A DNA stretch of 64,000 nt from Deltaproteobacteria bacterium (GTDB taxonomy: Bacteria; Myxococcota; Kuafuiibacteriia; Kuafuiibacteriales; Kuafuiibacteriaceae). The stretch is from contig JAVJQW010000011.1 of the NCBI GenBank assembly GCA_040218735.1, positions 224,001-288,000 on the forward strand, read 5' to 3'. Below the pieces are notes generated by a model. That model saw only the letters and a program-made list of their open reading frames with translations. It made no database searches and was not told where the DNA came from. A program made the position numbers and the translations under genes. The number at the start of each line of letters is the position of its first letter. Positions within the stretch are counted from its first letter, which is position 1. This document shows positions 1 through 7,746 of the stretch, one piece after another.

Positions 1-73
1 TTGATCTGGTACACCCACCTGCTGGGAAACTGGTTCACCGAGGTTCAGTTCGCTCGGATCCGTCCGATATGAC

Positions 74-1237
74 GTGACGGTGTCGAGCGAGCTGATCCTG
101 GGTATCGACTTCGGTACGTCGTTTTCGTCCGTGGCCGTGTGGCTGGACGGGAAGATGTACGTCGTTTCTGACCAACGCGGCGAGCCCTGCGTCCCGAGCA
201 TCGTCAACTACCCCCGACGCGGCGAACCGCTCGTCGGCGCCCGCGCCGAGCAGGTCCGCGCCAAGGACCCGACCAACACCATCTGCAGCGTCAAACGCAT
301 CCTCGGGCGCGCCTACGACAGCCCCGAGCTCCGGATCTTCGATGCGAACAACGCCGTCCGCACCAAGAAGGCCCCCCGCGGCGGTATCCAGCTCATCACC
401 GACGCAGGCCCCGTCTCGCCGGAGCAGGTCGCCGCCGACATCTTCCGCCACCTGAAGGCCCTCGCCGAGCGCCGCTTCGGCCGCTCCGCGAGCAAGGCCG
501 TCATCACCGTCCCCGCGTCCGCCACCCGCGCCGTCGAGGACGCCACACAACACGCCGCGAAGTGCGCCGGCCTCGACGTCGTGCGTGTGCTGAGCGAGCC
601 GTCCGCGGGCGCCATCGCAAACCAGCTCGATCGCTTCGAAGGCGAGCGCCGCATCCTCGTGTACGACTTTGGCGGCGGCACCTTCGACGTCACGATCCTC
701 GAGCAGCGCAACCAGGAGCTCTTCACCCGCGCCATCGCCGGCGACGCCTGCCTCGGCGGCGACGACCTCGACCACGAGCTCGCTTCGATCGTCTCCGGCC
801 ACATCTGGAAGAAGTCGCGCACCGACGTCACGAAGGACGCCGTCCGCTGGGAGCGCATCATCCGCACCGCGGAGACCGCCAAGCGCGGCCTGTCCGCACG
901 CGACGAGGTCCCGTTCCGCGTCGACGACGCCTACGCCTCACGCGGTCGCCCGACCCGGCTCGAGCTCAACCTCACCCGCAACGACGTGGAGCCGCGGTGG
1001 AAGCCGCTCGTCGATCGCGCGAACCGCCTCGCCGCGAAGACCATCATCCACGCGAACCTCCACCCCTCCGACCTCGACGTCATCCTCCTCGTCGGCGGCA
1101 CGACCTACGTCCCGCTCGTACGCCGAACCGTGCACTCCGTGCTCAAACGCCCCGGAATGCACGAAGGTGATCCGCTCACCGCCGTCGCACGCGGCGCCGC
1201 CCTCGTCGCCGCCCGCGCCCTGGACCTCGCCGCCTGA
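74..1237 (+). CDS. Hsp70/DnaK-family protein, nucleotide-binding domain only
   Basis: GIDFGT, AVITVPA, EPSAGA, YDFGGGTFDVT, LGGDDLD, LVGGTT and AVARGAA motifs. Ends at 387 aa with no substrate-binding domain. Confidence 0.9.
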   Translation: MTVSSELILGIDFGTSFSSVAVWLDGKMYVVSDQRGEPCVPSIVNYPRRGEPLVGARAEQVRAKDPTNTICSVKRILGRAYDSPELRIFDANNAVRTKKAPRGGIQLITDAGPVSPEQVAADIFRHLKALAERRFGRSASKAVITVPASATRAVEDATQHAAKCAGLDVVRVLSEPSAGAIANQLDRFEGERRILVYDFGGGTFDVTILEQRNQELFTRAIAGDACLGGDDLDHELASIVSGHIWKKSRTDVTKDAVRWERIIRTAETAKRGLSARDEVPFRVDDAYASRGRPTRLELNLTRNDVEPRWKPLVDRANRLAAKTIIHANLHPSDLDVILLVGGTTYVPLVRRTVHSVLKRPGMHEGDPLTAVARGAALVAARALDLAA

Positions 1238-1246
1238 GCACCGCGG

Positions 1247-2260
1247 CTAACGCAACCGTGTGGGGACCGGGACGGCGCGCCGGCGGCTCATCGCTTCGTG
1301 CGCCGCGTGCGCGAGGACCAGCGCCTGACGACCATCCTCGGGGCCCGTGAGGAGCGGGAAGCCGTCGGTGCGAACCGCGAAGAGGAAGTGCTCCAGCTCG
1401 GCGCGGTAGGCCTCGGCGTAGCGTTCGACGAAGAACCGCGGCGCGGGGTCGCGCTGCTGGCCGGCCTCGGTGAAGCGAAGGACGGTGTTCGTCGCGGCGT
1501 TCTCCGCGATCAACATCCCGGCCGCGCCGTGGGCCTCGACACGTTGGTCGTAGCCGTACGCGGCACGTCGACTGTTGGAGATCTGGCACAGCGCGCCGCT
1601 GTCCGTGCGGAGCGTGACCAGCGCCGTGTCGACGTCGCCGAGCTCCGCGATCGCCGGGTCCACCAGCGTGCTCGCGGTAGCGAAGATCTCGACCGGCTCC
1701 TCGCCGAGGAGCCACCGCGCCATGTCGAAGTCGTGGATCATCATGTCCGCGAACAGCCCGCCGGAGCGCGCGAGATAGTCCATCGTCGGCGGCGACGGGT
1801 CGCGGCTCGTGATCGTGAGGACCTCGAGGCGACCGATGCGTCCCGTCGCGAGCTGCGCCTTGAGACGCGAGAAGCTCGGGTCGAAGCGCCGGTTGAAGCC
1901 GACGAAGAACGGGACCTGCTGACGCTCGACGACCTCGAGCGCGTCGTCGACGCGATCGAGATCCAGGTCGATCGGCTTCTCGCAGAAGATGGCCTTGTTC
2001 GCCGCGGCGGCCTTCCCGATCAGCTCGACGTGGGTGGGGGTCGGCGACGCGATGATGACCGCGTCGACCGCGTCGTCATCGAAGACGCGCTGCGCCTCGG
2101 TCGTCGCCTGCGCCCCGTAGCGCTCCGCGACGGCCTGCGCGGCCTCCCGGTCGACGTCGACCACCCAGGCCAGGTGGGCAGCCTCCGACGCAGCGACGTT
2201 CTTCGCGTGGACCTGTCCGATGCGACCGGCGCCGAACAGCGCGATCCGTAGGCTGGCCAT
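1247..2260 (-). CDS. iolG: myo-inositol 2-dehydrogenase (Gfo/Idh/MocA family)
   Basis: GAGRIG Rossmann motif, CEKP, GFNRRFDP, SGGLFADMMIHDFD, YGYDQRVE. The iolBCDE operon lies in the same window. Confidence 0.88.
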   Translation of the reverse strand: MASLRIALFGAGRIGQVHAKNVAASEAAHLAWVVDVDREAAQAVAERYGAQATTEAQRVFDDDAVDAVIIASPTPTHVELIGKAAAANKAIFCEKPIDLDLDRVDDALEVVERQQVPFFVGFNRRFDPSFSRLKAQLATGRIGRLEVLTITSRDPSPPTMDYLARSGGLFADMMIHDFDMARWLLGEEPVEIFATASTLVDPAIAELGDVDTALVTLRTDSGALCQISNSRRAAYGYDQRVEAHGAAGMLIAENAATNTVLRFTEAGQQRDPAPRFFVERYAEAYRAELEHFLFAVRTDGFPLLTGPEDGRQALVLAHAAHEAMSRRRAVPVPTRLR

Positions 2261-2287
2261 GGGGCGCCGAGCCTAGCAGCAATACGG

Positions 2288-3853
2288 TTAGGCGACACCT
2301 TCGGCGGACGCCGGCGGGAGCTGGATGGAAGGCGGCTCTTCGCGGCGCTTCCACTCGAGCTTCACGTTGCGCTCGTCGCAGTGCTCCTCGAACTCTTCGA
2401 ACAGCTCTTGGATGTCCGGGTGGATGTACTCGGCGTTGCGGAGATCGAAGAGGACACGCGCGCCCTCCGGCACCGACCCGAGCACTTCCTTCACCTGCGC
2501 CTTCTCGAGGAACGTCAGGTCCTTCGTCGCGCGGATGGCGACGCGGTCGTCCTCGCGCGCCATGACGATGCTGTTCTTTCGCTGCTCACGGAGCGTGACG
2601 ATCACGCCGACCACGAGGCCGAAGAGCGTCCCGGTGAGCAGGTCCGTGAACACCACCGCGGCGACCGTGAGGCTGAACGGGATGAACTGAACCCAGCCGC
2701 CCTTCCACATCGTCACCCACAGCTGCCGGCTGGTGAGCTTGAGGCCGACGCCGATCAGCACCACGGCGAGCGCCGCGAGCGGAATCGTGTTGAGCACCGT
2801 GCCGAAGAACAGCACACCGAGCAGCAACAGGATGCCGTGCACGAACGCCGACAGACGCGTCTCCGCACCCGCGACCACGTTCGCGGAGCTGCGCACGATG
2901 ACCGCCGTCAGCGGGAGGCCGCCGATCGCACCCGACAGCATGTTGCCGGTGCCCTGCGCGATGAGCTCACGGTTCGGCGGCGAGATGCGGCGGTGCGGAT
3001 CGAGGCGGTCGACCGCCTCCAGCGACAGGAGGGTTTCGATGCTCGCGACGATCGCGAGCGTCACCCCGAGCTTCCACACCGCCGGGTCGAAGGCGGCGGT
3101 GAGCTCCGGCGCGACGATCGAATCGGCGACGGCGCCCACGCTGTTGAAGATCGGCAGCGCGACGAGGTGCTCGTCGAGGAGCGGCTTCACACCGAACAAC
3201 GACGGCGCCAAGAGCGCCCCGAGCGCACCGGTCACGACGACCATCAGCGGCCCGGGAATGAACTTGAGGAACCCGGCCAACTTCTGGATTCGGCCCCACG
3301 CGACCAACACCGCGACACACGCGAGCGTGATGCCGATGATCGTGATGTCGACCGCGCCGAACGCGTCGGCGAGCGCCGTGAAGGTGTTCGCGCCGTCCTC
3401 CTGGAAGAAGCTCGTGTCACCCTCGTAGTCGGCGTCGTAGCCGATCGCGTGGGGGATCTGCTTGAGGATGATCAGCACGCCGATCGCGGCGAGCATCCCT
3501 TTGATCACCGACGCGGGGAAGAAGTGCGCGATGCGACCGAGCTTCAGCACGCCCATCAGCAGCTGCAGCGCGCCGCCGATGACGACCGCGAGGAGGAACT
3601 GGCGAAAGCCGAGCCCCTCGATGCCGTTGGCCACGATCACCGCGAGGCCCGCGGCGGGCCCGCTGACGCTCAGCTCGGAGCGGCTGACGATGCTGACCAC
3701 CAAGCCGCCCATGATGCCGGCGATGAGCCCCGAGAGGAGCGGCGCGCCGGAGGCCTGCGCGATGCCCAAACAGAGGGGCACCGCGACCAGGAAGACGACG
3801 AGCCCGGCGGACACGTCGGCGGCGATGTTCTTGGGTTTCGGGGGATTGGACAC
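2288..3853 (-). CDS. SulP/SLC26-family inorganic anion transporter (possible bicarbonate transporter) with short STAS-like C-terminus
   Basis: AGLVVFLVAVPLCLGIA, SVSGPAAGL, NRELIAQGTGN and VIVRSSAN motifs with many TM helices. GTG start, GAGGAG SD 6 nt upstream. Confidence 0.92.
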   Translation of the reverse strand: MSNPPKPKNIAADVSAGLVVFLVAVPLCLGIAQASGAPLLSGLIAGIMGGLVVSIVSRSELSVSGPAAGLAVIVANGIEGLGFRQFLLAVVIGGALQLLMGVLKLGRIAHFFPASVIKGMLAAIGVLIILKQIPHAIGYDADYEGDTSFFQEDGANTFTALADAFGAVDITIIGITLACVAVLVAWGRIQKLAGFLKFIPGPLMVVVTGALGALLAPSLFGVKPLLDEHLVALPIFNSVGAVADSIVAPELTAAFDPAVWKLGVTLAIVASIETLLSLEAVDRLDPHRRISPPNRELIAQGTGNMLSGAIGGLPLTAVIVRSSANVVAGAETRLSAFVHGILLLLGVLFFGTVLNTIPLAALAVVLIGVGLKLTSRQLWVTMWKGGWVQFIPFSLTVAAVVFTDLLTGTLFGLVVGVIVTLREQRKNSIVMAREDDRVAIRATKDLTFLEKAQVKEVLGSVPEGARVLFDLRNAEYIHPDIQELFEEFEEHCDERNVKLEWKRREEPPSIQLPPASAEGVA

Positions 3854-3855
3854 TT

Positions 3856-3946
3856 CGATCTCCTCACGTCGGAGGCGACCGCGTGCGGACGCCCCACTCG
3901 AACTCGGTGACCGCCGTGGCGGTCGCGCTCAGACGTGAAGGGATCG
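3856..3946 (-). promoter_or_regulatory. Long mRNA hairpin sequestering the sulP Shine-Dalgarno sequence (putative translational attenuator)
   Basis: On the minus-strand mRNA, CGAUCCCUUCACGUC (3946-3932) pairs with GACGUGAGGAGAUCG (3870-3856) at 14 of 15 positions, one being G-U. The stem continues inward through GCGACCGC/GCGGUCGC. Confidence 0.7.
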
Positions 3947-4258
3947 CGGAGGACGGTGGGGCGGCGTACGGTGGACATCGGCGCCCCGGATGCGGACGGA
4001 CTCGCGCAGCGTCAGCGCGGCCGGCGGGCGGATGTCGTGCTGACCGGTGAGGGTCCCCTCCTCGGCCTCATCCGCCGTCTCCTCCGCCTCCGCCTCTCGT
4101 TCATCGACGGGCTCCGACGGTGCCTCATCCCGCTCGGGATGAGACGGATTCGGCGCGGTGCTGAGGCTCGGACCCGAGTCCGGTGCCACCCATGGAGCCG
4201 CCGCCAGGTTCAGCATCATCACGAGGACGAGCTGGATCGCGACTAGGAAGCGGCGCAT
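3929..4258 (-). CDS. Putative leader/arrest peptide (signal peptide, acidic linker, C-terminal RPPR)
   Basis: MRRF followed by a hydrophobic stretch ending AAA, a Glu-rich linker, and the ending HRTPPHRPPRSLHV. Co-oriented, 75 nt upstream of sulP. Confidence 0.7.
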   Translation of the reverse strand: MRRFLVAIQLVLVMMLNLAAAPWVAPDSGPSLSTAPNPSHPERDEAPSEPVDEREAEAEETADEAEEGTLTGQHDIRPPAALTLRESVRIRGADVHRTPPHRPPRSLHV

Positions 4259-4364
4259 TCCGGGGGCCTAGTCTCGACGGCTGGCACGGGGAGTCAACCA
4301 ACAATCGGCCCCGAACCGCCCAGGGGTCTTGCCAACGCTCGAAGCGAGCCCTAAGCCACGCCGC

Positions 4365-6395
4365 ATGCGATTCAAGGTATTCCTCGCCCTCTCTGCGCTG
4401 ATCCTGACCGCCTGTAAGAAGGATGGGGATCCCGCCGCGACGGATCAGTCCGCCGCCGGTGCGAAGCCCGCAGACGCGAAGCCGGTCACCTACGACCAGA
4501 TCCCGCGCGATGCGTTCCTCCGCCTCGCCGCCGCGCACGCGCTTCCGATCTTCTGGACGGCGGACACCAATGGCAATGACACGATCGACGCGGACGAGCT
4601 GGTCGAGATCTGGGGCGTGCCCGGACCGCGCGGCCAGTGGGTCGCGGACGGCAAGCTCACCCCGCAGTTCGACGAGGCCTACCGGACGCTGCTCGCCGAG
4701 CACCAGTCGGGGCCCGACCTGTCGAAGCTCGACGAGGCCGAGAAGACGCGCCGCAAGGCGGTGCTCAAGGAGCTCGCCCAGGGTCGCCCGACCCTCGTGA
4801 CCTCCGACTTCTCCGGCGCCTCCGAGGGTGACAAGAAGGTCGTCCGACTCGTCCTCGAAGCGGCCGAGCTCATCGAGCAGATCTTCGCGCGCCAGCAGGG
4901 CACGGCGGGGATGGAGAACCGAATCCCCGCGGACGACGCCGCGAGCCGGATGCTCTTCTACCGAAACCAGGGTCCGTGGTGTGAGGCGCCCGCGACCGAG
5001 AACGACGACAACTGCTCCGCGGTGTCCCCGCGGCCGAAGCGGATCTCGGGCCTCTACCCGGAGAAGATCCAGAGCGACGACAAGTTCTGCGACACACTCG
5101 CGAAGCACCCCAAGGCGGACGAGCTCATGCACCAGTTCCACGTGGTGCGCACGCAGGGCGACGAGCTGATCGCCGTCCCGTACACGGCGGCCTTCGACAA
5201 GAAGATGAAGGCGATCGCGGCCAAGCTCGAGGAGGCGGCGAAGCACGTCGGCGAGGGTGAGGAGGCGTTCGCCGCGTACCTGACGGCCGCCGCGAAGGCG
5301 TTCACGACCAACGACTGGGAGCCGGCGGACGAGGCGTGGTCGAAGATGAGCGTCCACAACTCGAAGTGGTACCTGCGCATCGGTCCGGACGAGGTCTACT
5401 TCGAGCCGTGCCGCCGCAAGGCCGGCTTCCACGTCAGCTTCGCGCGCATCAACCAGGACTCGCTCGAGTGGCAGAACAAACTCGACCCGGTGAAGACCGA
5501 CATGGAGAAGGCGATCGCGAAGCTCGCCGGCAAGCCGTACAAGGCGCGCGACGTCGCGTTCCACATGCCGGACTTCATCGACATCATCGTCAACGCCGGT
5601 GACTCGCGCAGCGCACACGGCGCGACGATCGGGCAGAGCCTCCCGAACTGGGGCCCGGTCGCGAACGAGGGTCGCGGGCGCACCGTCGCGATGACGAACC
5701 TCTACGCCGACAAGGACTCGATGGACGCGCTCGAAACGCAGGCGAAGTCGCTGCTGTGCAACGACACCATGACGCACTTCATCCGCGACCCGAGCGTGCA
5801 GGTCATGAGCACCGTGCTGCACGAGGCGGCCCACAACCTCGGCCCCGCGCACGAGTACAAGGTCGGCGGGAAGACCGCGCCGAAGATCTTCGGCGGCCCG
5901 ATGGCGAGCATGCTCGAAGAGCTCAAGTCGCAGACCGCGGCGCTCTACTACACCGACTGGCTCGCCGAGCGCGGCATCATCACCGCCGAGCGCGCGAAAC
6001 AAGCGCACGTGCGCGACATGATCTGGGCGTTCGGCCACATCTCGCGCGGCATGTACGGGTCCGACGGCCGCCCGAAGCCTTACAGCCAGCTCGCGGCGGT
6101 GCAGTTCGGTCACCTCGTGAAGTCGGGCGCGATCACCTACCGCCCCGACGAGCGCGCCGCAAACGGCACCGATGGAGGGTGCTTCGCCTTCGACCTCGAG
6201 AAGTTCCCGCCGGCCATCCTCGCGCTCATGACGCGCGTCGCGCGTATCAAGGGCAGCGGCGACAAGAAGGACGCGGAGAAGATCGTCGCGGAATTCGTCG
6301 ATGTGGAAGGCGAGCAGAAGCAGGCGCTCGCGATCATCACCGACCGCTGGCTGCGCGCTCCGAAGGCGAGCTTCGTGTACGCGGTGAAGGAGTAG
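4365..6395 (+). CDS. Dipeptidyl peptidase III (M49)-like zinc peptidase, lipoprotein
   Basis: Lipobox LTAC, GQSLPN, VLHEAAHNLGP, and LEELKS carrying the downstream Glu ligand. Start moved to ATG 4365. Confidence 0.78.
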   Translation: MRFKVFLALSALILTACKKDGDPAATDQSAAGAKPADAKPVTYDQIPRDAFLRLAAAHALPIFWTADTNGNDTIDADELVEIWGVPGPRGQWVADGKLTPQFDEAYRTLLAEHQSGPDLSKLDEAEKTRRKAVLKELAQGRPTLVTSDFSGASEGDKKVVRLVLEAAELIEQIFARQQGTAGMENRIPADDAASRMLFYRNQGPWCEAPATENDDNCSAVSPRPKRISGLYPEKIQSDDKFCDTLAKHPKADELMHQFHVVRTQGDELIAVPYTAAFDKKMKAIAAKLEEAAKHVGEGEEAFAAYLTAAAKAFTTNDWEPADEAWSKMSVHNSKWYLRIGPDEVYFEPCRRKAGFHVSFARINQDSLEWQNKLDPVKTDMEKAIAKLAGKPYKARDVAFHMPDFIDIIVNAGDSRSAHGATIGQSLPNWGPVANEGRGRTVAMTNLYADKDSMDALETQAKSLLCNDTMTHFIRDPSVQVMSTVLHEAAHNLGPAHEYKVGGKTAPKIFGGPMASMLEELKSQTAALYYTDWLAERGIITAERAKQAHVRDMIWAFGHISRGMYGSDGRPKPYSQLAAVQFGHLVKSGAITYRPDERAANGTDGGCFAFDLEKFPPAILALMTRVARIKGSGDKKDAEKIVAEFVDVEGEQKQALAIITDRWLRAPKASFVYAVKE

Positions 6396-6698
6396 TAGCG
6401 AGGCTGCGCCTCGAACGTTGGGGGCTCGGCCGAAACGCAGTGCGGCGCATCCTCGCGCTGGCAGCCACCAGCGGGCAGCCGACAGCTTGGTGCCACGATC
6501 GTCGCGCCGGCTATTTGGCGGGCTCGATGCACCGCGCGTGATGCGACTGCTGAGCATCGCCTCGATCGGGCCATCTAATCAGCGCGGATCAAGGCCTGAG
6601 CGATCTGCCGGCTGTCGGCTGCGACCTGCAGGCCCCGGCGGTCGATCAGCGCACGGTAAGTCGGCCCGTTCGTCACGGTTCTCGTGGAGCAAGACTCC

Positions 6699-7253
6699 CT
6701 AGAACGTCGCGCCGGCGCCGAAGACGAGGTCCCAGCGCACCGCGGTCGCGTCGCCGATCGCGATGTCGAGGTTGAACGGGCGGAAGAACACGAGGATGCG
6801 GTCGTTCAACACCGCCTTCACCTCCGCGCCGAACTGCATGTTGAAGCCGACGTCGGACGCGAAGCTGTTCGACGCGTAGACCAGCCCGAGCGTCGCGGTC
6901 GGCGCGATGTAGATGCCGAGCGACTCGTCGATCGCGAGGTCGTACCAAGCCTTCGGACCGATCTGGAACGCGAAGATCCCGCTCCCGAACGACTCCTGCA
7001 TCTCGCCGCCGACCGCGAAACCGCGGCCGTTCCCGTCGAGGTGCCAGCCGAACGTCTGCGTGAGCTTCAGCTGCGAGACCGCGTTCGAGATGTTGATCGC
7101 CGGCGACATCCCGAACGCCGCGTACATCGGGCGGGTGCTGGGGCGTATCAGCTCCAGCGTCGCGCCGGACGAGGTGGTCGCCGCGGGCTCCTCCGCGAAG
7201 GCGAGCGTCGGCGCGAGGACGATGAGGGAGACGGTGAGGATTTTCGTGTGCAT
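6699..7253 (-). CDS. Secreted small outer-membrane beta-barrel-like protein
   Basis: Signal peptide MHTKILTVSLIVLAPTLAFA, alternating amphipathic strands, C-terminal Phe (GAGATF). Confidence 0.65.
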   Translation of the reverse strand: MHTKILTVSLIVLAPTLAFAEEPAATTSSGATLELIRPSTRPMYAAFGMSPAINISNAVSQLKLTQTFGWHLDGNGRGFAVGGEMQESFGSGIFAFQIGPKAWYDLAIDESLGIYIAPTATLGLVYASNSFASDVGFNMQFGAEVKAVLNDRILVFFRPFNLDIAIGDATAVRWDLVFGAGATF

Positions 7254-7299
7254 GTCCTTGGGATGCACACCGCACGCGCCGATGCGCGTGTGTCCGCGC

Positions 7300-7746
7300 T
7301 CACCGCACGAGCTCCTTCGCCAGATGCGCCCCCACGATCTCGAAGCCCCTCGCGAGGAGCTGCTGCCCGGCGTCGGTCTCCAACAGGTCGAGCGCCTCAC
7401 CGCTGGAGCGCCCGGCGCCTCGGTCCACGAGGATCGAAAACGCCACCATCGCGCCCTCGTCCTTCGCGCGCCACGACGCCGACTTGAAGCGCTTCTTCTT
7501 CGCCGTCTTCTTGCGCACCCGCTCCACGATCTGCGTCTCGTCCTCGTCAGGGTGGTCGGCGACGAGCGCATCCCAGATCGCGTACTGCAGGCCCTCGATG
7601 AGCTGCAGATCCTTCAGCGCATCTTCGAGTCGATAGTACGCCTCGTTGAGGTCGAGGTTCTTCGCCTTCGCGTAGGTCGGCGTGACCATCTCCACGAGCT
7701 GCGCGCGCGAGGTCTGCGCAAAGAAGGCGGCGGGCGGACGACTCAT
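7300..7746 (-). CDS. Hypothetical helical protein
   Basis: ATG overlaps the kinase stop (ATGA). High-GC3 codon usage, normal globular composition. Confidence 0.7.
   Translation of the reverse strand: MSRPPAAFFAQTSRAQLVEMVTPTYAKAKNLDLNEAYYRLEDALKDLQLIEGLQYAIWDALVADHPDEDETQIVERVRKKTAKKKRFKSASWRAKDEGAMVAFSILVDRGAGRSSGEALDLLETDAGQQLLARGFEIVGAHLAKELVR

Noticed and set aside
1-72. Open frame 1 ending in TGA at 70-72 (LIWYTHLLGNWFTEVQFARIRPI*)
   Set aside because: It may be the tail of an upstream gene, but it is too short to support a call.
4125-6557. 810-aa minus-strand ORF
   Set aside because: Antisense shadow of the M49 peptidase. Arg/Val/Leu-rich, no motifs, expected in high-GC DNA.
6396-6698. 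6S RNA or riboswitch call
   Set aside because: Rod-like pairing is visible, but I cannot recognise family-specific motifs. Kept only as an unnamed candidate.
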